A stretch of 62,617 nt of DNA, the filler included, from Basidiobolus ranarum (taxonomy: Eukaryota), in assembly GCA_040143965.1 (NCBI GenBank). It is 13 parts of 13 records of this genome, joined end to end, with 100 filler letters (N's around TTAATTAATTAA, not from the genome) between each part and the next. Parts side by side here need not be neighbours in the genome. Positions count along the whole stretch, not along the records: positions 48,288 to 52,999 come from JASJQH010001853.1; positions 53,100 to 57,809 come from JASJQH010001854.1; positions 57,910 to 62,617 come from JASJQH010001855.1; 10 more parts are not named here. The stretch is one strand, 5' to 3'. The notes beneath the pieces are model-generated. The model was not told the DNA's origin, did not search any database, and was given only the letters and a program-made list of their open reading frames with translations. This document shows positions 52,434 through 62,617 of the stretch, piece after piece. Position 1 is the stretch's first letter, and the number at the start of each line of letters is the position of its first letter. Both the position numbers and the translations under genes were made by a program.

Positions 52434-52999
52434 TGTTAAAAATAACATATCTTAAGCCTCTATAAGCATATAGTTAACTAAATTTCACTGATATTACTCA
52501 ATATATTTATGAAGAATTTACTTGGAAGTTCTCAGATTATATGATTTTCTCAAACTCGTCCAGAAGACTTCTAACTTTGTATATATGTTCCTGGGACACT
52601 TATAAGCACATTCTACATGTCAGTAGGTCTACTTGCTGACAAAAATACAAATATCAACTTACACTCAATAAATCAATAAGTGAAAATCACCAATTCTTCT
52701 AGCTCTCCAAACCACTTACAATGTTGGATAATCAATTGTTATTCCATATTAGTTAACTTTAGTTATGATACATATATCAGAAACAGAAAGCAACATATCT
52801 ATAGCCCCTATATTCTGATTAGGATTATCTCTATATTTATATAACCAGTATATCTTATTAACCTCACTTGTCTATTATGACTTATTACACAAACTCCTGA
52901 ATATCTCAAACAATTGATTTACTATTCTACTATATAAGTCACCATATACTCTTGAGAATAAACTAACTAAAACACACTATCATAAGTTGCTTCTAATAA
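52434..52999 (+). repeat. LTR family C (52434-52721) abutting LTR family B (52722-52999, truncated)
   Basis: Similar to the reverse complements of 43853-44180 and 43510-43791. Confidence 0.82.
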
Positions 53000-53664
53000 N
53001 NNNNNNNNNNNNNNNNNNNNNNNNNNNNNNNNNNNNNNNNNNNTTAATTAATTAANNNNNNNNNNNNNNNNNNNNNNNNNNNNNNNNNNNNNNNNNNNNA
53101 GTCCAGGTTATTAAACAGAGCATCAAAGAATACCAATAGAGACTACCGAATTTAAAGTCATATTAAACTAGATCCAGGTACAAATATACCTTGGTTGTGT
53201 TTCAGCTCTCTTATCCGTTACCCTACATAGCGAGCGAATACCAACAAATGGCAGAACAAAAGCCAGAAAACCTGAGATAATTCGTCTAAGAACAAGATTC
53301 AAACTGGGATGAAAGAATATATATAACCAAGGGCAACCAGCTGGATTATGTTCAACCGGAATTAACTCAATTCCGTTGTTTGTTCAAGGTGATCGGGTGT
53401 GCATCTACAGCAACATCCTCCTATTACGCAATTGAATAAGTGTTGATTACTAGCGGGTAGTTTGCTATAATTGCATCATGATGATAATTGGATGAGATAA
53501 TGTACTTTCTATTTGATGTTGAAGTTATTACAAGTTTGCTAGAAATATTAACACTTTCGACATGAATGAGGTGATAGATTACAAGACAAGGGAAACGAAT
53601 AGAACATGTATGCCGGTTGATGATGTATATAGTGATGTAAAATGGTGATAACCGATGCAAGAAT

Positions 53665-54279
53665 TTACGAAACTGTCGTGATCGATGAGTTGGATATTAC
53701 AAAGCTTTGATGGCGACAATCTTTGGCACCACCGTTGAGATCCTGTCCTTGTTCAGGGATGACAACCTGTTTGGCACGGAATTCCATCACGGCAGACCAA
53801 TATTTGTCTAGAAATTGGCTCCACGCATCAAATTCGTCTTCATCTATTTTGATGTTCCAACCAAACGTTGTCAAAACAGCGAGTTCCATTTGAGATAACT
53901 GGGTAACATTCAACCCTGATACTTGTGCCCAACTACGATTGGAATAACATTTATCCTCATGGTATTTGTTGGCGAGAATAAGGGCAACAACTGCGATGTA
54001 ATACTCTGAGCCCAAAACCTCGAGTGAAAGGGGTGCGGTTTCCTTATATCTGTAAATGTAGTTGAGCGCAATTCTTAATGTGGAGGTAGAAGGTTGAGTT
54101 ATTTGGAACAGCCGGGAGCAGAAACTATGGAAAGCTGGAGAAGCACCATAGGGATCATTACTCCACATATGATACACAACATCAGCAAAAAAAGTAGCTA
54201 GGCAGTCAGGGGTTTTGACCTTATAAGAAGGTTTAGCAGGAACACAATGGATAGGTAGTCGAAGTTGGGCGCCGGGCAT
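53665..54279 (-). CDS. Pho85-type cyclin (Clg1/Pcl-like), about 204 aa from MPGAQLRL
   Basis: Cyclin box F..FCSRLFQITQPSTSTLRIALNYIYR, VALILANKYHEDKCYSNRSWAQVSGL and QMELAVLTTFGWNI. Confidence 0.9.
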   Translation of the reverse strand: MPGAQLRLPIHCVPAKPSYKVKTPDCLATFFADVVYHMWSNDPYGASPAFHSFCSRLFQITQPSTSTLRIALNYIYRYKETAPLSLEVLGSEYYIAVVALILANKYHEDKCYSNRSWAQVSGLNVTQLSQMELAVLTTFGWNIKIDEDEFDAWSQFLDKYWSAVMEFRAKQVVIPEQGQDLNGGAKDCRHQSFVISNSSITTVS

Positions 54280-57200
54280 AATGTAAATAGAGCTTAAATT
54301 ACAAATGTGCGAAAGAAGGAAAATGAGAGTAGGGTCAAGCCAGGGGGTGATGCGTAGTAGATCAAGTGGTGGTTGAGTAGGATAGTAGGAAGATATGTTT
54401 GTCAGCAGCGTGGATTTGCAACTTATAAGCAAATTGGAATAGAAAAAAATCGACGTATCGAAGAAGAATTGTCCAAAATTAGAAATCAGAGTATGGGAGT
54501 ATACAGAGTTGCACAAGACTAGTTTGATACTTGCCACTTATGGACCAGTGATTAACTTAAAGATAAGTATAACTAATAGTATAAATTTAGCCACCTTAGG
54601 AGCTGTGACTTTGATTATTGGCTGCAGCGGTGGACTTTCAACGATTAAAGTGGTTCTGTGAATGCAACAGGCGATGACACTGAATCAACCTATCTCACTT
54701 GATTCTGAAACTTGTCTCATGATGAGCTGACCATCCGTTCTCTTGCCCTTTCAGCTGATCCATGACAAAGAGAAGCCTGTGGACACACTGCCATTTAGAA
54801 TGCGTAAGAATAGCAACTAGTTGCAGATCGCTACCACTCAATCTACCTCTTTTGGGGCTTTAACCAGCCACACGTATAAGGATTTGACTGCGCTCTACGG
54901 CTTGTTTGTTCTGTTTAAGGGAAGATGTTTATATTTGCCTTGCCTGGACACCAGGGCGAAACAAAGAGCTGTGCTACTGACTAGTGCACAGCATCAAATC
55001 CATTGATCCCTCATTACTTACCAGTTGAGGCTGCTTTTACCCCTTAGAATGAATTCTCATTATCCAGGGTGATCTCACAAGCTGTAAATGTAAATGGCAG
55101 ATGGAGCTCTCGAACCTTGTGCTGTCGGTCATCCGCCCCGAGATTCAATAGGCTTAATTAAGGTACAACTAATAGTGGAATTCGCATACAAACATCGAGG
55201 AGCGAAGGGATCTGAGCAGTAATGCTCTAGGATCAAATTCATCTCCGCCAATTGGCTAGCCCGATGGGCCTGAATATCAGTCTCATTCCACAGTTCCCTG
55301 ATGCAAGCCAGAGAAGAGGCCTTGCTATAATAGGTTAAGGCGAGCTCTCATCACCCTATGCGCAAATAAATAACCTTCTCTCACTATGCTGATGGCTTGG
55401 GTGCTCTCTTGTCATGTGATACAAGCGTTTTCGTAATGTCGCTGTGACCTCTATCCGACTCTTCCATTACACTAGAATCACAGGCAAGACTCTATTGTCA
55501 TGGACAAAGAGGAGACGACGGATGACGTGTTTGACCATTACGTATATCGCTGATCCGAGCCAAGCGAGGCCAAGTTTACGTCAAGCTCCCTTAAAGCCCT
55601 GAGGATCCCAAGTATTATTTACCGATCTTCCAGAATATTAATACCGGGATTGCATCAGCAAGCTCGAAAGGAATGATGGCGATTTTTCACACTTACAAAG
55701 CACATGAGGTGATAGGCCAAGCGGAATGAGACGAGGGATTTTCATTTGAGGCGAAGAATATCCGATGCCAAACTGATACCAGTAGCCAGATCATGCATAT
55801 GTATTGATTGGATTACTCTAGACCTTGGGCAACCTTGAATTCGGAATTCAGCATTGCTATTCCGCAATTGCTCTGGGAGAGGCGATCCAGATAATCCGTG
55901 TTACAAGAATTTGACAGTAGTTCGTGTTATCCGATATATGCTCGGTATACTAGGACTCTAGAGTGACGGAATTAATGGCAGAACTGATCACAACCAGGAG
56001 TTGCCGAATCCAGTTAAGATGTAATTTGCTCTTTGACGGCTCCTTAGTTCCATCTCTTTGTCCTGAGAGAACGCATTATCAATGCCTAGTCAGGGCTATT
56101 GCTGAAGCGTGCATTGTAACAATTATGAGCTCCGAACGGAGAGTGCATAATCTGATCAGAGATCTGGTATTTGATAATTCCATCATCTAAGCGCTGTGGC
56201 GAATCAGGCTTGCAAAGCTGCCATATGCTGAAGTCATCCAGGTCTGGTGAGTTAATAGGGTTTGTGACGAGGATGGATATCATGTGAGAGCAAGCGAGCT
56301 AGTGGGGATTGGATTCATCCTGTCACTCACAATCAGTGTAGATCACGAGTGGATGGGACTGTAATCCAACACCGTTCTAACTGTTAGGTTTTGGTTGGAG
56401 CAATCATCGAGTCTCGTGCGTGAGTAAGATGAGCGCTGCCACATTTGACCGTCCTGCTGATCCAAGATAAGGTTAGAGAACTATATCAACAACCTATAAG
56501 CAGCATGTGGGTTTTACTTGCCTGGATTGTCTTCAAGTCAGCCAATCATCTACTTTTGGCAACCAAACACTTTATCAGCGCCCTCTTGCTGGATGGTTTA
56601 CTATTGATAAGCACATGACTATTCTGATGGCATCAAATCAGTCCATCTGCTTGGTAGCTCAGGTGCTCTACTTAATCAGTGTGACTACCATTACCACTAC
56701 CAGCTCATAGCCATTTATTTACCATTACCGCTCTCGGTATCATCGGTACGATGATGTAATCGTGAATGGGCTATCGATTTAATCTACTAGTGGTCTATTT
56801 TTAGCCAAATAGAGTAGCTGATTTAGGCATTCATGGATTAAATTCAATTCAGAGTCTAATTCCTCTGGAGTGCTGTTAAGGATAGTACAAGAACGTGTGA
56901 ACCGAATGTACAGTCTAAACACCGCATGACGATATTCAACCCAAAATGTCTTATTTACTCTGCTTACAGTCACTAGAATTGGATAACTTTAAAGGTTCTA
57001 GGTTTCAATGGTGGTTCTTAAAAGACTATGCTGAGAAATTTGGGATGAGCTAACCTTAGATCGTGTCTATTACGGTTGGTTAAACTTGAATGTATCAATA
57101 CCGATACTCCCTACTTTAATTGATCTAGGTGTCCATAAAGCAACATAGATTGCAGCAGAGAAATGCACCAATACTTATATGTATCTGCTATCATATCCAG

Positions 57201-57444
57201 TGTTCTCTTGAGCCAGCTCAGGAGCAGTGAGTAGAAGGTAAAGCCCTTTTTATCATGACTGCAGAGTTTTCTAAATACTTCAACATTACTTCTTCGAAAT
57301 GGATATATAATAGCACTCATAACTGATTCACTTTTTTGCATGCATATTTCAATTGACAATATTAAAGTATTTGTGGTTTGATACTATGCAACACATACAG
57401 GTAGCTCCATGCTTACTTTTCTTCTGGGATCACAAATTCAATTT

Positions 57445-57809
57445 ATTGGATATTTAACTTTAGCTATGGTACATATTTCAGAAACAAGAAAGCCTTGTAT
57501 ATATAGCCCCTATATTCTAATTAGAAATATCTCTACTTCAATATAACTAGTTTATCTTACTTGTTGATGTATTTTGAGAGTTTGTTGAAAGTAGTTGGGA
57601 CAGCCAGAAGATTTGATGGCTTTGACCTACTGATTTATTGAGTAGAAGTTGATATTTATAGTTTTGTCAGGATGTAAGCAAAACAGTGTGCAGAATGCAT
57701 GAATGAAGGTCCCAGGAACATGTGTGCAAAGTTTGGGGCTTCTAGTACAAGTCTGAAAAATCTATATATCTGGGAACATCTATGTTGGTAACATTAGTCC
57801 TGGTAAATT
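57445..57809. repeat. LTR family B fragment (57445-57563) next to LTR family C (57583-57809, truncated)
   Basis: taactttag.tatg.tacatat.tcagaaac and tatagcccctatattcta; tgatttattgag.agaa and catgtgtgcaaagttt. Confidence 0.82.
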
Positions 57810-57909
57810 NNNNNNNNNNNNNNNNNNNNNNNNNNNNNNNNNNNNNNNNNNNNTTAATTAATTAANNNNNNNNNNNNNNNNNNNNNNNNNNNNNNNNNNN
57901 NNNNNNNNN

Positions 57910-58346
57910 CATTATCTTGAGCCGGATTCCCACCAGAAGGAATAGGACCTCTAGCCAAACCTGGTCCTTGTGCTTCGACCATAACAGATGCGTTGGAGCC
58001 CAGTAGATGCTGCAACATAGATTGGACGATGTTAACCACTTCTTGACTCCTACCTTCCATATTAACATCAGTTTCGTTGAACTCAAATTCTTCATCCGTT
58101 TCAGTTTGAGCAAAGAAATCTCTAGGATCGTTTTCCTCCTCGAGCTGTACTAAAGTTAACTAGTTGAAACAGAAATGCCTATAAACTTCATGTAAGGAAT
58201 ACCTCTTCCACAAATTCCCCTAAACAGTGAGGACAAGTCGGATGTGGTGTTAGCATAGGGGCTATTTCGATTTGACATTGATGACACCAATGAGAACGTC
58301 CATTCAGGGTGGCAGTATTTAAGGAGAATTCGAAATCCGTTGGCAT
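57910..58346 (-). CDS. N-terminus of an RNF126/RNF115-like RING E3 ligase (zinc ribbon); intron 58145-58202; 3' truncated
   Basis: Spliced product MPTDFEF...HWCHQCQIEIAPMLTPHPTCPHCLGEFVEE|LEEENDPRDFF. Confidence 0.85.
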
Positions 58347-59069
58347 ACTGAGGTATAGGAAAGATTATTATCGCGTGGGAAAAGCTTTTGAGATGGAACT
58401 TTCAGCTACTTTTAACGTTAAAAAAGAGAACCTAAAGCTTCAGAAGGTAATTTGCGAAAAGAAATGAAATGAACAAAGAGTAAAAGATACTTTATTTTTG
58501 GTTTAAAAAATAAGAATCTAACCGATATTAAGGGTGTAAAGAGCGATATATAGTACACCACAACGGAATTCTAGCCTTTTACACAACGTTCGCTTTACTT
58601 CAAGTGATAGAAGTCCAAATTTTGATCACTACACTTAATTTCTAAATTGAAAAACAATCGCCATCATAATGTAGTCATGTTTAAGTCAACAATGATGACA
58701 TTGATATCAAAAATGTTTATTCCTCTCACCATTGGCTGCATTCTCACTCTGGAATGGTAGGCATGAATGGAAACACACATATTTATTGAATTTATACTTC
58801 AATTGCTGGCATGCTTGTATTTATCACCGTAACTATCCTTGAAAATCACAAAGCTGACTAAGCAGTATTTCATGTACCAGAGACGCCTTCAACTCGGATT
58901 ATATATTCCAGAGGAGGAAATTACATTATGATTTTATTAATTTGAACCGTTTATAGAAGGAATATATACAACATATTTACATCAAGCTTATAGCTAATCT
59001 CTAACTGACGAACGCTATGATCAAACTGTAATGTAGTAACTCCAGGCAAGACATCTGGCACGTAACGAA

Positions 59070-60383
59070 TTACATAAAGCCAGATGTATAACTCCATTGC
59101 GGTAGGCCAGGTGGCATCGTGAGACTCGCAGTATTGGAGAAATTGAAATTCTCTAATGTTTGCACAAAGTTGTCTGCGTTGTTGACTTCCAAAAGTTGTG
59201 GCATTTGCTGAATAGAATTTTGCATAGATGTCTGCAACGATTGATTGAGTGTGTTCTCAAAAGAAAAGAGCTCTTGGCCTTCAGGCAGTGGACGCTTGCC
59301 AAGGTTAGCTCCGGCTTTATTATCAAGGTAATAAAAGAACCGTTTAACCTATTCAAGAGGGTAACAGTTAAAACGATGGACAAGGCATTCAGTATTTAGA
59401 TGCTACATACCTCAGAGCTACGGTGGTCAACCGGGTGTCGTTTGAATATTCTCTGCCCGGAAGAGTCTTCTTCGGTTTCATCGCTGGACATTATTTCCAA
59501 CATCAAATATCTTTCATAATTGGATATATCACTCTGTGGTTTAAACTCTTGAGCAAATTCATTTCGGTGTTTAGACAGTATCTTTTGTCTTTTCTTGAGA
59601 AGCTGTGAATATGAACACGATATTTTTTGGTAAATTAATGAATCATTCGATGGAATAAGTAAGGAAAGAGTAACCCTACATCATGTTTCCTCTTATTTCT
59701 TCTTTTACGAATGTTGTCTCGGTTTTTCTTAAAATCATTCTTGTTATACTCTTCGCGAAGATTATCGAATCGCTTTCTTACGCGTTGCTCGGCGTATTCA
59801 CACGTGCAACTCGAACTTTGGAACACTGAATCGACGATGGCGTGAAACACCTCAGTATTCTTGCGGTCAGCGAGTGGTTTCGATAAGTCGAAGTGAAGTT
59901 TGTTCTCATCAAGCTCGAGAGTATCGTCTCTGACATGACAGGTTAGATGTCGGATTAGCGCCTATAATACTCACTCGTTAGTTCATGTGGCCTTGAATAT
60001 CCAATATTACAGTCTCAGCTGAAATACCTTGATCTTCTTCGCTTCTTCTACAGAAGGAGCTAAAGTCTGGGAATAATTTGAGCAAGTGTCAGCGGAAGTA
60101 TTTAACACCACCTCCTTAAGGGATCTAACTTCGTTTTTTAGGAAGTTGTTTTCTTTGTGTAATACGCTCACATTAGTCTGTAGTACTTTGACAGTATTTG
60201 TCAAATTGGCAACACTATCTTGGAGTCTTTGTAGCTCTCCAAGAAATCCATCGCCAATGTCGTTGGAGGTTTGAAGTGAAAACTTAAAATAGAAAGATAT
60301 TTTATGTAAGCGACAGACTCTAGAACAAACTATGAAACTTAATAATATATATATACAGTGGTGTCAAGGTGATTGGAGTTCAT
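59070..60383 (-). CDS. Five-exon uncharacterised protein, 344 aa; exons 60383-60357, 60282-60028, 59961-59680, 59602-59411, 59348-59070
   Basis: Four phase-0 GT-AG introns join into one open frame; coiled coil, basic stretch RKRRNKRKHDLLKKR and motif IMSSDETEE...HPVDHRSSEVKRFFYYLD. Confidence 0.82.
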
Positions 60384-61676
60384 GCTCAAATCCAAAGAAA
60401 CGAACGAGCGTTGAGCTTTTAGCTTTAACTCAGTACAAAGATTAGGAAAAGTGGAATCTTTTGATATACGCTTGAAACTTGAAAGCCATTATTAGCCTAG
60501 ATTGGACTTTTTCATGTTGAAATGTAATTTAGCCATTTTTGAATAACAAGCAGAGTGTCAACACCAATTTTCGTTTGATATGAAAGATCCAAACTTCGGA
60601 GTTCACCCAATCTCTGACCATCAGAGTGTCACTGGGCTCTTAGCACATTTACCAAGAATTTACACTGGCTAATAAGCCAACTTCAAGTTAGCGACCTGAT
60701 TGGATACCGTCGAGTCATATGATATGTTAGTGGCACTGCCACCTTGGCTATATTTATCCTTTGTCTGTAGAGCTCGAGTGCGACGGTTGTGTGAGGTATT
60801 TCTGGGAGTTTTGATTCAATCTGGGCTTGAATCAGCTATATAGGTTTTGTAGGTTCCAAAACGATGATGATCATTGATTATAGTTAGTTGAGTGATGCAA
60901 GTCAGGTTGTGCATCGACGCCATTGATCGAAAGCCAATTCAGATAACCTCGCATCTGTTTACAACCGAAGTCAACAGCACACACGTAGTCTAATGAGGTT
61001 AAACATCTTGACCACTCAAGTTGCATCGCGTAGTTGCCATCGTTGCAAGCTGACAACTTAATATGAGCTGGACAAATCCATTGACGTAACTAAATTCGGG
61101 TTAAGCTGGCAGCTTATCCAGATCATGTCAACATTGGAAATTCTAAACAACCTACGTGGGACCGCTCTTCTCAGCAGCAGGTTCGTGGATACTATTCAAT
61201 GATCCTGGGGGGCACCGTCTAATCCCTGAAATCAACCCTCCCGTATGGCTTCAGGCTCAATGATTCGTCAAACACGGCTAGATGGTTGCTGTTTAGAGAG
61301 GAGTGGGATTACCATACTTCGGAGCAAGGATTCGTCATAGTTCCTTGTATCGCAGTACTTGTTATTAGGTTGGTATAGTAGTTTCTTGTGGCTGGGACTG
61401 GGACTGGACGTGGGGTGACGTTACATATTGTCGAAGATTCATTGTTTTGTTTTGATCGATACATCATCCAGCTGAGGAGTGATCACATTTCATGGGTAAA
61501 GCTTCTGACTAATAAATACTCGCGTAATCATAATTTTCAATCAATTCTTAGTGACAACTTTGGATAATAATTAATTTGGAAAATTACTTCCTATTTGAAA
61601 TTCTAGGCCTATTGACTGGTATTTCTAAATTATCCCTCAACTATCTCCTTCGGGTATCACTACCTTATTATATTCA

Positions 61677-62617
61677 ATGTTCAAGAGTTGGAAAAAGAAA
61701 GCTAGCACAAAAGTGGAACCCACCGAGAATAAACGTTTCAGTTTACTTGGTTCAAAGAAATCTCGTAACCCCGAGAACCATGTTGTTCAAGATATCAAAA
61801 CTTATTCTTATCCACTAGTATGTTCTTTGAATATTATTCTACTTTTGTGCATGTAAGTAATGTCGATTGAATTATAGAAGGCCAACGAACAGACCCAAGA
61901 AGTCGTCACTCAACCGTATGACCCAACTACATACAATTCGAAGGAGTTGCCAAGTCACGAAGCGAATAGTCACAATAGACTTTCAACTGCACCACCCACA
62001 CCAATTGTTGAAAACATACCCCAGGGCGCTTGCATCCCACCTCAAGTGGATTGTCCTGTTCCAAGTTTGAATGACAACAGTATTGGAATTAACAATGTTA
62101 CAAACGATATTAAAAACCATGAGATATTACACGCAGAAAACGAAAAAGAGCAGTGCGCCAGCACGCTTGAAAGAGGAGACCGCTCAGTGGAAGATATCAT
62201 TGCTCCTACTCGTAAGCCATGAAGGAAAATTGATATATTCTTGCCTAAACTGAGCTAACGCACATTTTCTCATTTAAAAGCAATCACTATCCTCGCTGAT
62301 GAGCTTGATCAAAGCAACTTGGTTTCAGAGGATAATGAAGGTACTGTGCTGGTATACTGTTTCACTTTATCACGTTAAACTAAGCAGGAAACATGTATTT
62401 TTAATAGTGGACAAAGGATCAATCTACCAGCTTAATAGTCAAGTTCAAAGACTTCAGAGACAGGTTAGTTTTTCAGTTCCTCATTTTGACGCTACCCGAC
62501 AGACCTCCACTTATGTTACCAAGTTGGACTATGCGCTCAGGATCAGTACTTATAACACTCGTCATCACATTTGTAGGTAAAAGACATACGCCAGTACTGT
62601 AAGGGACTCCTCAGTCG
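61677..62617 (+). CDS. Multi-exon hypothetical protein, 3' truncated
   Basis: MFKSWKKKAST...YSYPL (61677-61817), intron GTATGT..TAG, then KANEQTQEVV... from 61878; further GT-AG introns at ~62212-62280, 62341-62408 and 62464-62576 keep the frame. Confidence 0.65.

Noticed and set aside
54280-54537. N-terminal extension of the cyclin ORF to 290 aa
   Set aside because: It starts at a non-ATG codon and reads like a pyrimidine-rich 5' UTR; the first ATG is at 54279
54600-57400. Hidden gene or RNA upstream of the cyclin
   Set aside because: I found no consistent spliced frame, tRNA cloverleaf or rRNA similarity
59070-60383. Fanzor/TnpB-like nuclease
   Set aside because: No RuvC motifs or zinc ribbon in the spliced protein

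Overview
This is AT-rich, intron-containing fungal DNA. It is probably from an early-diverging fungus; Basidiobolus is a guess I cannot confirm. It is not one locus: 13 unlinked contigs of about 4.7 kb, sorted by decreasing size (4742 to 4708 bp), are joined by 12 artificial 100-nt N44-TTAATTAATTAA-N44 linkers, so adjacency across linkers means nothing. Genes: a small mitochondrial-type protein, a SidA L-ornithine N5-monooxygenase fused in frame to a SidL/SidF-type acyltransferase, a PDR-type ABCG transporter, a CSC1/OSCA channel fragment, ISC1, a LysM protein, an AAAP amino-acid transporter, a probable GATA-factor N-terminus, a Pcl/Clg1-type cyclin, an RNF126-like E3 fragment and two spliced genes the ORF track shows only in pieces. 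The rest is decayed Ty1/copia and Ty3/gypsy debris with at least four LTR families, plus an 84-bp tandem array of about 33 copies with higher-order structure. The best leads are the SidA-acyltransferase fusion with two clusters of ATCWGATAA iron-repressor sites, the structured 84-bp array, and near-total CpG loss in transposons that tends to spare CCG/CGG.
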